DNA of 64,000 bases from Acidobacteriota bacterium (lineage in GTDB: Bacteria > Acidobacteriota > Thermoanaerobaculia > Multivoradales > UBA5704). This document shows, piece after piece, positions 39,866 through 49,650 of this stretch. Under the pieces are notes generated by a model, which saw only the letters and a program-made list of their open reading frames with translations, did not search any database and was not told the DNA's origin. The stretch is from NCBI GenBank assembly GCA_040005235.1, contig JBDTZG010000005.1, positions 64,001 to 128,000 on the forward strand, in the 5' to 3' direction. A program made the translations under genes and the position numbers. Within the stretch, counting starts at the first letter, position 1. Each line of letters opens with the position of its first letter.

Positions 39866-39931
39866 CGATTTCTGGGTGCTATTCTTCTCGGCCAAGAACA
39901 CAGATCGTTTCTTCCGAGAAAGGAGTTCCCG

Positions 39932-40300
39932 ATGGGCATCAAGTCCTACGCAGCCCGGTTGGACCGGTGGCAGAGCATGGTTCAGAACATCCAAGAAGTG
40001 CTCGGGGACCTTCCCGGAGTTGATGCGACCTTCGCGCTCGCCCGGCAGAAAGTCGCCGATTTGCGCGAGACGCAATCCGACTTGCAGCGCCTGGAGGGCC
40101 AGAGAAAAGAGGGCGTGGTCCGTCGCCGCCAGCTCGACCGGGAGGCCGAACAGGCGATCCGCCGGCTCTCAGCCCTCGCCCGCGCCCACATGGGGTTCTC
40201 CAACCCGGCGCTCGAAGCGTTCGGCGTCCGGTCCGAGGACCGCGGTCGCCGCGCTCGGAGCATCAAGGAGCCGGCGAAGGCCGAAGCGGCGCTGTCCTGA
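39932..40300 (+). CDS. small alpha-helical hypothetical protein (122 aa)
   Basis: AAAGGAG RBS; coiled-coil-like body; conserved-looking GFSNPALEAFGVR followed by a basic tail. Confidence 0.8.
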   Translation: MGIKSYAARLDRWQSMVQNIQEVLGDLPGVDATFALARQKVADLRETQSDLQRLEGQRKEGVVRRRQLDREAEQAIRRLSALARAHMGFSNPALEAFGVRSEDRGRRARSIKEPAKAEAALS

Positions 40301-40442
40301 CCCGACGGCGGGGTTGGCGCGCCCGGAAATGGCCGGCACCTGTAAACTCCGCCGCCGTGACCAGAATTTCCCCACGGTTCGACACGCTTCGGGCGTCTGA
40401 GGTTAGACGCTCCGGGTCCCTCGTGAATTCGGCCGCCGCCCG

Positions 40443-41216
40443 ATGAACAGCCGTCTCTTCCTGCTCAAAGAACTGGTCCGGCGCGACGTCAAGGGGCGCT
40501 ATGCCGGTTCCCTATTCGGCCTGGTCTGGTCGTTCGCGCAGCCGCTATGGATGTTGGCGCTGTTCGGGTTCGTGTTTTCCTCGATCATGAAGGTGCCGGC
40601 GGTCGGGGTGAAGAACGGCAACTTCGCGATCTTCCTGTTCAGCGGTCTGCTCCCGTGGATGGCGGTTCAGGAGGGGATCCTGCGCGCCACCACCTCGGTG
40701 ACCGACAATTCGAGTCTGGTCAAGAAATTGCGCTTTCCGGCCGAGATCCTCGGCCTCGCGGTCGTGCTCGCGGCGCTGGTCCACGAGGGGATCGCGATGC
40801 TCGCGTTCTTCGCCGTAGTCGCCTGGACCGGAGAGATCTCCTGGCGTGGCCTGCCGCTGCTGCTGCTGGCGATCCCGGTTCAGGTGGCGCTCACCCTGGG
40901 AGTGGGATGGCTGTTGGCCGCCATCCACGTCTTTTTTCGCGATGTCGCGCAAATCTTGGGGATGGGGCTGACGGCTTGGTTTTACCTGACGCCGATCGTC
41001 TATCCGGCGTCGTACGTGCCAGAACGGCTTCGTTTTTGGGTCGGGCTCAACCCGTTAACCGGCCTCGTCGGGCTCTACCGAGCGGCGCTTCTCGCCGATT
41101 CGCCGCTTCCTTCGCGCGCCTCCCTGGTGTCGCTCGGCCTTTTCGCATGCGGGTTTTTCGCTCTCGGCGGGTGGCTTTTCAGGCGCCTCAAGGCCAGCTT
41201 CGTCGACGAGATCTAG
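40443..41216 (+). CDS. wzm: ABC-2 polysaccharide export permease
   Basis: RDVKGRYAGSLFGLVWSF, LVKKLRFP, FYLTPIVYP, LNPL, FVDEI. Confidence 0.9.
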   Translation: MNSRLFLLKELVRRDVKGRYAGSLFGLVWSFAQPLWMLALFGFVFSSIMKVPAVGVKNGNFAIFLFSGLLPWMAVQEGILRATTSVTDNSSLVKKLRFPAEILGLAVVLAALVHEGIAMLAFFAVVAWTGEISWRGLPLLLLAIPVQVALTLGVGWLLAAIHVFFRDVAQILGMGLTAWFYLTPIVYPASYVPERLRFWVGLNPLTGLVGLYRAALLADSPLPSRASLVSLGLFACGFFALGGWLFRRLKASFVDEI

Positions 41217-41304
41217 AATACGGCCTTCCGCGGCCCGGATCTTGCTCTTCGACGGCCGCGACCCAAAGTACGCTCTGGTCCCACCGATGACCTGGAGGCA
41301 AGAA

Positions 41305-43059
41305 ATGCCCACGTCCCACCTTCGTCCCATTCTCGCCGCGCTCTCGGCGTTCCTTCTTTGCAGCCTGGCCGGTCAGGCCCAGGCGACCGCGGCTCCGGCG
41401 GGTACGAAGGCGAAACCGGAGGTCGCGACCGAGAAGGATGCCAACATCGCGGAGACCGCGAACCCCGCGCATCCTGCGGACACCCCTTCCGATTTGGAGC
41501 CCACGAGCACCGATCCTGCCAATACGGGACCCCAGCCGCCGGATGGAGTCTGGTTGAAGGACCCGGAAGGGCGCCAATACTTCCTCGACAAGCTGGCCAA
41601 GTCGGCCGGGCCATACCAAAAGAACGACGATGGAACCGTCCGGACCGTCTGGGGCATCGTCCTCAAGATCGAGAAGGAAGACGACGAAAACTTCTATTAC
41701 CGGGTCTACAGGCAGACGGCGGCCGAAACCCCGATGTCCGCCCGCCCGGAGCCGCCGAGCCCGGAGATGCTGGATGCCGCAGCGAAGAGCTACGTCCAGG
41801 TTCCCCAGACGGCGAGCGTGAAGGCGACCGCGTTCTCCAAGGGGCTGCCGGCGACCGGCCAATGGCGTCATGGGTTCGTCCTGGCGGACATGAACGAGGA
41901 TGGTTTTCTCGACGTCGTGCACGGCGCGGCGCGCAAGACCCTGTCCGTGCCGCAGATCTTCCTCGGTGACGGCAAGGGCAACTGGCGTTATTGGTCGGAG
42001 GCGAAATACGCCCAGCGGCCTTACGACTACGGCGACGTCGCAGTGGCCGACTTGAACGGCGACAAGCACCTCGACTTGGTGCTCGCAGTCCACCTCCATG
42101 GCGTGATCGCCCTGTTGGGCGACGGCAAGGGCAAATTCACCGACTGGAGCAAGGGGCTCGATTTCGTCGTGTCGAAAGGGGGCGTGGCGCCGGGATTTTC
42201 GAGCCGGGCGGTCACGATCACCGATTGGAACGGCGACAAGCGGCCCGACATCATCGCGCTCGGCGAAGGGCCGCGCCTTTCGGTCGATCGATCCAACACG
42301 AACAACGAAGACTCAAACGGCATCGTGATCTATCTCAATCAGGGCAACGGCACCTGGGTACGGAAAGATCAAGGGACGGGAACCGACCAGCTGTTCGGCG
42401 ACGCCATCGTTCTCGGCGACCTGAATCATGACGGCCGAAAGGACATCCTGGTTCCATCCAATACCTTCAGCCGTAAAGACATCGTGAACTACGCCAAGAA
42501 GGACGGATCCTGGCAGAGCATCAACATTTCTACGCTGCGCCCCTCGGGCTACATCCGGGGGGTGGCGATCGCCGATTTCAACGGCGACGGAAGAAATGAC
42601 TTCGCCGCCGGGTTCGTCAATCGCGAACTCGGCCTCTGGCGCACCGGGGTCGACGTTCAGCTGGCGCAGGCCGACGGCAGCTGGAAGCGGGTTTCGCTCT
42701 GGGTGGTCGATGGGCGCACTTCGGTCACCGCCCTGGCCGCGGGGGATCTGAACGGCGACAAGAAGGCGGACCTGGTTGCCTTGACCGGCGACGGCGAGAC
42801 CTGGATCTTCCTCGGCGACGGCAAGGGTAGATTCGTCAAGGATGACGCCGGGATTCCCAAGCTGGAAGACTGCAAGGGCTATCACGCTGTGTTGATCGAC
42901 GTGGACAAGGATGGAAAAGCCGAGCTTCTGAGCACCTTCGCCGGGGAGGCCTCGCCCCTCCTCGCCCCTGGCCGCTGCCCCTCGGGCGGAGCGATCCAGG
43001 CCTGGCATTTCTCGGCGAACGAAGCCCCCGCGACCGAAAAGGCATCATCAACCCCTTGA
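41305..43059 (+). CDS. secreted FG-GAP/VCBS repeat beta-propeller protein
   Basis: GGAGG RBS; signal peptide; seven DxNxDG-type repeats (DMNEDG, DLNGDK, DWNGDK, DLNHDG, DFNGDG, DLNGDK, DVDKDG). Confidence 0.88.
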   Translation: MPTSHLRPILAALSAFLLCSLAGQAQATAAPAGTKAKPEVATEKDANIAETANPAHPADTPSDLEPTSTDPANTGPQPPDGVWLKDPEGRQYFLDKLAKSAGPYQKNDDGTVRTVWGIVLKIEKEDDENFYYRVYRQTAAETPMSARPEPPSPEMLDAAAKSYVQVPQTASVKATAFSKGLPATGQWRHGFVLADMNEDGFLDVVHGAARKTLSVPQIFLGDGKGNWRYWSEAKYAQRPYDYGDVAVADLNGDKHLDLVLAVHLHGVIALLGDGKGKFTDWSKGLDFVVSKGGVAPGFSSRAVTITDWNGDKRPDIIALGEGPRLSVDRSNTNNEDSNGIVIYLNQGNGTWVRKDQGTGTDQLFGDAIVLGDLNHDGRKDILVPSNTFSRKDIVNYAKKDGSWQSINISTLRPSGYIRGVAIADFNGDGRNDFAAGFVNRELGLWRTGVDVQLAQADGSWKRVSLWVVDGRTSVTALAAGDLNGDKKADLVALTGDGETWIFLGDGKGRFVKDDAGIPKLEDCKGYHAVLIDVDKDGKAELLSTFAGEASPLLAPGRCPSGGAIQAWHFSANEAPATEKASSTP

Positions 43060-43085
43060 CACCCGAACGAACCGAACTCTATAGT
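43056..43085 (+). promoter_or_regulatory. strong sigma70-type promoter
   Basis: TTGACA-N18-TATAGT about 250 bp upstream of the 43338 gene. Confidence 0.65.
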
Positions 43086-43337
43086 GCGGCAGCATAAACG
43101 CCTGAGGCGACCCGACTCGTCCGCAAAACATCGCGAACGTACCAGCACGGTGACCCTCTTCGACTCGAAAACGCCCAGCCCCCGGTCACTAGGACCGTGT
43201 GCGTTCGAAACGACTTTACGGATTGCCAAACTTTGAACGGGAGGTGATGTTCCCGAGCTGGTCTTAAGCCAGCAAGCTCTACCCATCGGATGGAACATCG
43301 CAGGTTTTCTCAACCACGTGCTAGGAGATTGTCAACA

Positions 43338-44615
43338 ATGAAGAAAACGGTTAGCTGTCTCGCTCTCTTGGGCCTTTTGGCCCTGGGCGGCCAGGCCGTT
43401 GCGACGATCTGCACCATCGATGACGTGCCGGCGGCGACCCTGCTGCTGCCGTACTTCGAGGTCGATCTGAACAACCCGAACGGGATCAACACCCTGTTCT
43501 CCATCAACAATGCCTCCGCGACCGCCGTTCTCGCCCACGTCGTCCTGTGGTCGGATCTCTCGGTCCCGACGTTCGACTTCAACGTCTACCTCACCGGTTA
43601 TGACGTCCAGTCCATCAGCATCCGCGACATCTTCAACGGCACGGTGCCGCGCACCGCGTCGGCGGGCCAGGACCCGGGTGACACCATCAGCCACAAGGGT
43701 ACCTTCTCGCAGGACATCAACTTCGCCAGCTGCAACGGCCAGTTGCCGCCGCCGGCGGTTCCGGCCTCGTTCGTCACCCACCTGCGCGCCGCGCACACGG
43801 GTACGTTCTCGGCCATCCTGAACGGCTGCGCTGGTCGGGCCTTTGGCGACAACATCGCCCGTGGCTACGTCACGGTCGACACCGTCAACAACTGCACCCT
43901 GCGCTTCCCGGGTGATGCCGGCTACTTCGCTTCCGGCGGCACGGGCGACGCGACCAACCAGAACGTGCTCTGGGGCGACTACTTCTACGTCAACTCGGGC
44001 GAGAACTTCGCCCAGGGTGAGACGCTCGTCCACATCCAGGCTTCGGCCACGAACCCGGAGACCTCGGTCGCCGGTCAGTACACCTTCTATGGTCGTTACG
44101 TGAACTGGACGGCCGCGGACAACCGCGAGCCGCTCTCGACGAACTTCGCCGCCCGCTACATCAACGGCGGAGCGTTCACCGGTGGTACGGACTACATCGT
44201 GTGGCGCGACTCGAAGGTCGACCAGAACGCGTTCAAGTGCGGCACGACCCCGGCGTGGTACCCGCTCGGCGAAGAGCAGATCGTGATCTTCGACGAGGCC
44301 GAGACCCCCGAGCTGCAGCAGGTTCCGCCGTTCTCGCCGCCGCCTCCGGGCGACTTCCTGATTCCGTTCCCGGCCGAGTCGCAGCGTACGGCCGTTGACG
44401 GACAGGACTTCCCGGTGTCGTTCGACTTCGGCTGGATCTTCCTGAACCTGAACACCACGGTGGCTGCGGCGGGTTCCAACCCGCCGGAAGATCCGGCGGC
44501 GGCTCAGGCTTGGGTGACGGTGATCATGGACGCTTCGGGCAGGTTCAGCGTTGGTTATGACGCGATCCAGCTCGACAGCGCCTGCGCGGCCAGCCACTTC
44601 CTGATCGGCGGCTAA
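43338..44615 (+). CDS. secreted hypothetical protein, candidate major surface/S-layer protein
   Basis: AGGAG RBS; signal peptide; CTIDDVPAATLLLPYFEVD; strong AAC/TTC/ATC codon bias; own promoter and terminator. The function is inference. Confidence 0.8.
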   Translation: MKKTVSCLALLGLLALGGQAVATICTIDDVPAATLLLPYFEVDLNNPNGINTLFSINNASATAVLAHVVLWSDLSVPTFDFNVYLTGYDVQSISIRDIFNGTVPRTASAGQDPGDTISHKGTFSQDINFASCNGQLPPPAVPASFVTHLRAAHTGTFSAILNGCAGRAFGDNIARGYVTVDTVNNCTLRFPGDAGYFASGGTGDATNQNVLWGDYFYVNSGENFAQGETLVHIQASATNPETSVAGQYTFYGRYVNWTAADNREPLSTNFAARYINGGAFTGGTDYIVWRDSKVDQNAFKCGTTPAWYPLGEEQIVIFDEAETPELQQVPPFSPPPPGDFLIPFPAESQRTAVDGQDFPVSFDFGWIFLNLNTTVAAAGSNPPEDPAAAQAWVTVIMDASGRFSVGYDAIQLDSACAASHFLIGG

Positions 44616-44627
44616 ATCAAGAAGCCC

Positions 44628-44662
44628 CTGGGGTGGGTTCGAACGAACCCACCCCTAGTTTT
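44628..44662 (+). terminator. intrinsic terminator
   Basis: GGGGTGGGTTCG-AA-CGAACCCACCCC followed by TAGTTTT. Confidence 0.8.
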
Positions 44663-44903
44663 CCGCTCTTCCCTTTTGGATTCTTTGGCTTCCGCGATCT
44701 GGCCCTCGCCGCCCTGGCGTGAGGCAGATCGGAGGAGCCGCCAGCCTTGGCATTTTCCAGAGCGCGCATGATCGGACCCGAACGCGACCGCGTACGCTAC
44801 CGATCGGCTCGTCCCCCCGTCGCGGGAAGCCGGTTCCGCGCAATCGCGGTGCCCCGCTTCTCAGGTTCTGATCGTCTTGCCCCATGGGGAGCCCGAGAGA
44901 CTT

Positions 44904-47900
44904 ATGAATCAAATCCATAGCTCAGCCCGTTTCAGCCTTCTGTTCGCCGTCTTGGTTGCGAGCGGACTCTCGAATTACCGAGCCCTTGCGCAGAATTGCG
45001 AAGGGGACGGAGGCTGCGGGTTCATGGCCTGCAAGACTCCCGCGCACCCGGTCCCTCAGCAACTGTGGGGAGAGCTCGAGCCGGTTGACGTGGGAGTGAT
45101 CGCGCCGGCCCGGGATAACACTGATTTCAACGAGTTCACCAGCTCGTACGGGGTCGCAAATCCGCTCTGGATGTCTTTGGACATCGATTCCGGATACCTC
45201 TACGCGGTGATTTCTCACGGTTTTCAAGTTTGGGACATCCGATCGACCCCGGCCAACCCGGTGTCGGTCAAGACGATCGCGGCGCCGTCGACGTTTCTCT
45301 TCTGGCCCCAAGGCGAACTAAAGGTGCCGCTGCGCGACATCGACGTCGAAGGAACCCTGGGGGCGATCGCCGGCCAATCCGACATCGGTGTAACCCTCTG
45401 GGATTTCACCGATCGGACGACCCCCCGTCTGCTCTACCAGAATTCCGGCTACGTCGGCAATCAGGTCTATACGACGACGATCGGCAACCAGGAATATGCG
45501 TTTTTCGCCGCGGATGCGGGCGGCGCGCACCCTGTCAGCCGGCCGGGCGGCCTGCTCGCCTACAACATGACTCGGGCTCGCGCGATCGCCCCTTCGGTTC
45601 CCTGCCTCGACGACTTCGCCGGTAGTTGCTCGGGGGTATACGTCGGCCATATCGCGGCTCGCACCCAGGTTCGCTACGTCGACGGCGTCGACAACTTCGT
45701 CGCCCTGGGAACCGGGCCGCTCGCCAGCGTCGAGATCTGGGATGTCGCAAATCCCGGTGCGCCGGTGCAGAAGCTTTCAGGGCTGTCCAGCGTCTATGGC
45801 GTCGCGATGTGGAAGAGCGGCGGCCGCTACTACCTCGGTGTGCGGACGGACTTTGCCGGCAGCATCTACGACGTATCCTGCATTACCGGATCCTCCTGCA
45901 GCATCGGCAGCCCGATTTGGTCAAAGGCGATGCCCGGCGGAACCGAGGAACTGTACGTCACCTATTCCAGCAGCGCGGGGCGCCCGTTCCTCTACTTCGG
46001 TTCGGACAACGCCTGCGGCGCTTTCCCCCCCGACCCGCAGCGCGAGTTCCTGGTTGACGTCTCGGTTCCCTCGCAGGCGCACGACATCACGCCGCCGCAG
46101 AAGGTCACCCTCGGCGGCCAGCAAACCGGATATTGGGATTATTACTACCGGCGCAACCCTACGGGCTTCAACCGGGTCATGCCCAGAATGGGCAAGTTCG
46201 AGAACCAGTATTTCTATCGTGCGGCCCAATCGCTCCTCGACATCCACCGACGGACGGGCGGCGTTGCCCCGGTCGTCGATTTCGATTGGAGCCCGGCGAA
46301 CATCTATCCGGGCACCGCGGTGAGCTTCAACGATCTCTCCTCCGGAGCGCCCACCTCGTGGGCCTGGAACTTCCAGCCTGACGGCAATCCGACCGCCTCC
46401 TCGGCGCCCAACCCGATCGGGGTGACGTTCGACAGCGTCGGAGCGAAGACGATCTCGTTGACTGCGACCAACCCGGCAGGGAGCGGATCGCGGAACAAGA
46501 CGCTCACCGTGCTCGATCCTGCACCGGTGATCGCGAGCGTCTCGCTCTCGCCGCAGAATCCGATCGTCTGCCAGCCGGTGACCTTCTCGGCGACGGGAGT
46601 GACCGGCCAGCCGACGCTCGGCTATAGCTGGCAGGTAACGACCCGTCCGGGCGGCTCGCCGGTCACCTCCAGCACCAGCCCGAGCTTCACGTGGAGCACG
46701 GTCGGAACGCTCTCGGGCGACTACACGGCGACTCTCCAGGTCCAAAACACGATCTCAACGGCGACCCGGTCGGTCGACTTCACACTCGGCGCCCTTTCGC
46801 CCTTGCCTAATCTGTTCGCACCGACCGCCGATCCTTTCGTGGCCGGCACGGTTCAGTTCCATGTCGTGGCTGCGGGTGCCACCGAATGGAGCTGGGATTT
46901 CGGCGACGGCACGGGTTTCAAGCCATACACCAATGATCCGGTGGCCGGACCGAACCCAACGTTCACCTATACGAGCATCGGATCGAAGGTCGTCCGCGTG
47001 AAGGTCCGGAACTGTGTCGAGGCCGAGAAGACCAGCGACCCGCTCTCGATTACGATCCTGCAGACCTCGCCATTGATTGCCATGTTCCAGGCTTCCGGGC
47101 TGTTCTGCGGCTTCGGATGCATCGCTGACCTCAATGTGCCGATCACCTTCGTCGACAGCTCTCAGGGTGCCCAGTTCTACGACTACGACTGGGACGGCAA
47201 CGGATCGTACGAAGAGTCGGGACGCACCACACCCCAGACCAGCCATACCTATACGGTCGCGGGTACGTACGGGCCGAAGCTTCGGGTGCGGCGAGGAGCC
47301 TCGGAAGAGAACGTGTTCACTCACTCGAACATCATCTTGAGCGGCGTCGTCACTCCGGTGAGCGTTACGGTGGGCGGAGCCAGCTCGGGGAACATCAACG
47401 TACCGGCGACCCTTACGGCGAGCGCTTCGGGCTGCAATCCGGCCTCTGCGGGATGGGTCTGGGGAGCGGGCGGCGGCACGATCAACGGCGGCTCGACCGC
47501 TTCGACGGTCTCGATCACCTGGACGACCGTCGGCAGCAAGACGGTCACGGCGAGCAACACCGCTTGCGTGGGATCCACCGGCACCCGGCAGGTGACGATC
47601 ACTGATCCCGGAACGGGCGGCGGCGGCGGAACGCTGGCCTCATTGTTCACGTTCACGCCGAGCAGCCCGACCGCGGGCCAGGCCATCACCTTCAACGGCA
47701 CCAGCTCGACCGGCTCGCCTACGGGCTATGCCTGGGAGTTCGGCGATGGCCAGTCGGCCTCCGGTGTGACGGCTTCTCATGCCTTTGGGACTACGGGGAC
47801 CTACAGCGTTCGACTCACGGTCACCAAGTCGGGCACAGGACCGGGGTGCCTGTTCGGCACCTGCGTCTCGGAGAAGGTGACGGCTGTCGTCGTCGGCGGT

Positions 47901-49604
47901 CCGCCGCCGCCGACCTTCGAGATCGATTTCTCGACCTCGGCACCCTGCACCAGCCAGTTCGGGATCGAGCTCTGCACGGGCGACACAGGCGCCGTGATCA
48001 ACTTCACCTCGACCAGCGTCGGGGCGAGCAATCTCACCTGGAGCTTTGGCGATTCCACCCCGGGTGCGAGCGGCAGCACGGCGGTTCACACCTACGCCGC
48101 GGCCGGGAGCTACACGGTCTCCCTCACCGGAACCAACGGCTCCCAGACCAAGACGAAGACTCGGGTCTTCCAGATCACGGGCGTTACGACCACCGGCGGC
48201 AAGTCGGTCATCCTCCCCTGGATCGCCCAGACGCGCGGCGTGGTCACCCAGTCGAGCGATCTGTACGTCTTCAACCCGGGCGACCAACCGATCACGGTCG
48301 ACCTCAAGTTCTTGAAGCGGGGAACGGTGGAGGCGAATCCGCCGCTCCAGACCCGGACCATTCCCGCCGGTGGAACGCTGTTCGTCGGAGACGTCTTGGG
48401 TCAGTTGTTCTCTCGCGAGAACACGGTCGGCTTCATCACCGCTGAGGTGACCGACGGTTCGGCCAATCCGGTCGTCCTGTCGTTCAACAACACGTTGCAG
48501 ACGGACGGCTCGAAGTTCGGTCAAACGGTGCCCGGCATCTCGATGTCCGACACCGCCGGTACCGCCGACGCCCAGGCTCGGATGTACCTAATCGGGCTCA
48601 ACGACAACTCGGATCGCGTGGCCTACTTCGGCTTAAGCAATCCGCACTCGGAACCCGCCGTCTACCAGATCCGCCTCTTCGATGCGCTGGGCCACCAAAT
48701 AGGCCAGTCGGACGACCTGACGCTTGGCCGCTTCGGCCAGAAGCAGTTCCAGCCTCAGGAAATCCGCGATCTCGGCGTGGCCAACGCCACGGATTACCGG
48801 GTTGAGATCGAACCGAAGTCGGGCGGACGGATCTATCCTTACGGCACCAACCTCCGGGTGGCGACGCAAGATCCGGCGTTCGCCAGCGCCGAAACGCCGG
48901 CCGGCAAGAAGCTCTTCCTGATCGGCTCACTCAGCCAGCCGGGGCTCAACCACACGCTGTACCAGACCGACGCAGTCCTGTCGAACCCGCTCGCCCAGGC
49001 GATCGCGATCGACATGACGTTCACCGCGGTCGGCGTATCGAGCCTGCCGCAGACGCCGGTTCGAGTCACGCTCCAGCCGGGCGAGAGCCAGCGTCTGGCC
49101 AACGTGATCGCCGACAAGTGGCACATCACGGATCAGGTCGGGTACCTGTCCTTCCAGAGCACGACGGCGGACGGACCATTGCCGCGCTTGACCGGTGAGA
49201 GCTACGACAACGCGAATCCGGCGCGCCGGTTCGGTCAGTCGATGATCCCGCAGTCCGACCAAGAGGCGGCCGGCGTGGGTAAGGGTCAGGCTCTGGTGGG
49301 GATGCGTCAGGGTTCATCCTGGCGCACGACGATCTGGCTGATGAATCCTTCGACCGATCAGGGTCTCTACGACGTGATCTATCGCAAGCTGGATGGCACG
49401 ATCCTCGGCCGGTTTACCAGCCTGCCGCTCGGCCCGGGCAAGATGAAGCAGATCCGTCCGAGCGAGCACCCCCTGGGAGGCTTGGCGATCGAGGACGGCT
49501 TCACGGTTCAGGTGTTGGTCAAGGCGGGTAAGGTTCTGGCCGCCGGTCAGGTGATCAACAACCGGACCAACGATCCCGCGTACATCCGCGGTGAGACCCG
49601 GTAG
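44904..49604 (+). CDS. large secreted PKD-repeat protein with a Cys-containing propeller-like N-terminal domain
   Basis: Signal peptide; PKD motifs PTSWAWNF, WSWDFGDG, YDWDGNG, YAWEFGDG, WSFGDS; C-terminal beta-sandwich domains. Confidence 0.88.
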   Translation: MNQIHSSARFSLLFAVLVASGLSNYRALAQNCEGDGGCGFMACKTPAHPVPQQLWGELEPVDVGVIAPARDNTDFNEFTSSYGVANPLWMSLDIDSGYLYAVISHGFQVWDIRSTPANPVSVKTIAAPSTFLFWPQGELKVPLRDIDVEGTLGAIAGQSDIGVTLWDFTDRTTPRLLYQNSGYVGNQVYTTTIGNQEYAFFAADAGGAHPVSRPGGLLAYNMTRARAIAPSVPCLDDFAGSCSGVYVGHIAARTQVRYVDGVDNFVALGTGPLASVEIWDVANPGAPVQKLSGLSSVYGVAMWKSGGRYYLGVRTDFAGSIYDVSCITGSSCSIGSPIWSKAMPGGTEELYVTYSSSAGRPFLYFGSDNACGAFPPDPQREFLVDVSVPSQAHDITPPQKVTLGGQQTGYWDYYYRRNPTGFNRVMPRMGKFENQYFYRAAQSLLDIHRRTGGVAPVVDFDWSPANIYPGTAVSFNDLSSGAPTSWAWNFQPDGNPTASSAPNPIGVTFDSVGAKTISLTATNPAGSGSRNKTLTVLDPAPVIASVSLSPQNPIVCQPVTFSATGVTGQPTLGYSWQVTTRPGGSPVTSSTSPSFTWSTVGTLSGDYTATLQVQNTISTATRSVDFTLGALSPLPNLFAPTADPFVAGTVQFHVVAAGATEWSWDFGDGTGFKPYTNDPVAGPNPTFTYTSIGSKVVRVKVRNCVEAEKTSDPLSITILQTSPLIAMFQASGLFCGFGCIADLNVPITFVDSSQGAQFYDYDWDGNGSYEESGRTTPQTSHTYTVAGTYGPKLRVRRGASEENVFTHSNIILSGVVTPVSVTVGGASSGNINVPATLTASASGCNPASAGWVWGAGGGTINGGSTASTVSITWTTVGSKTVTASNTACVGSTGTRQVTITDPGTGGGGGTLASLFTFTPSSPTAGQAITFNGTSSTGSPTGYAWEFGDGQSASGVTASHAFGTTGTYSVRLTVTKSGTGPGCLFGTCVSEKVTAVVVGGPPPPTFEIDFSTSAPCTSQFGIELCTGDTGAVINFTSTSVGASNLTWSFGDSTPGASGSTAVHTYAAAGSYTVSLTGTNGSQTKTKTRVFQITGVTTTGGKSVILPWIAQTRGVVTQSSDLYVFNPGDQPITVDLKFLKRGTVEANPPLQTRTIPAGGTLFVGDVLGQLFSRENTVGFITAEVTDGSANPVVLSFNNTLQTDGSKFGQTVPGISMSDTAGTADAQARMYLIGLNDNSDRVAYFGLSNPHSEPAVYQIRLFDALGHQIGQSDDLTLGRFGQKQFQPQEIRDLGVANATDYRVEIEPKSGGRIYPYGTNLRVATQDPAFASAETPAGKKLFLIGSLSQPGLNHTLYQTDAVLSNPLAQAIAIDMTFTAVGVSSLPQTPVRVTLQPGESQRLANVIADKWHITDQVGYLSFQSTTADGPLPRLTGESYDNANPARRFGQSMIPQSDQEAAGVGKGQALVGMRQGSSWRTTIWLMNPSTDQGLYDVIYRKLDGTILGRFTSLPLGPGKMKQIRPSEHPLGGLAIEDGFTVQVLVKAGKVLAAGQVINNRTNDPAYIRGETR

Positions 49605-49650
49605 CGGTAACGGGACCAGCGAACCGGTGTACGACGAGAGGCCGTCGGAG

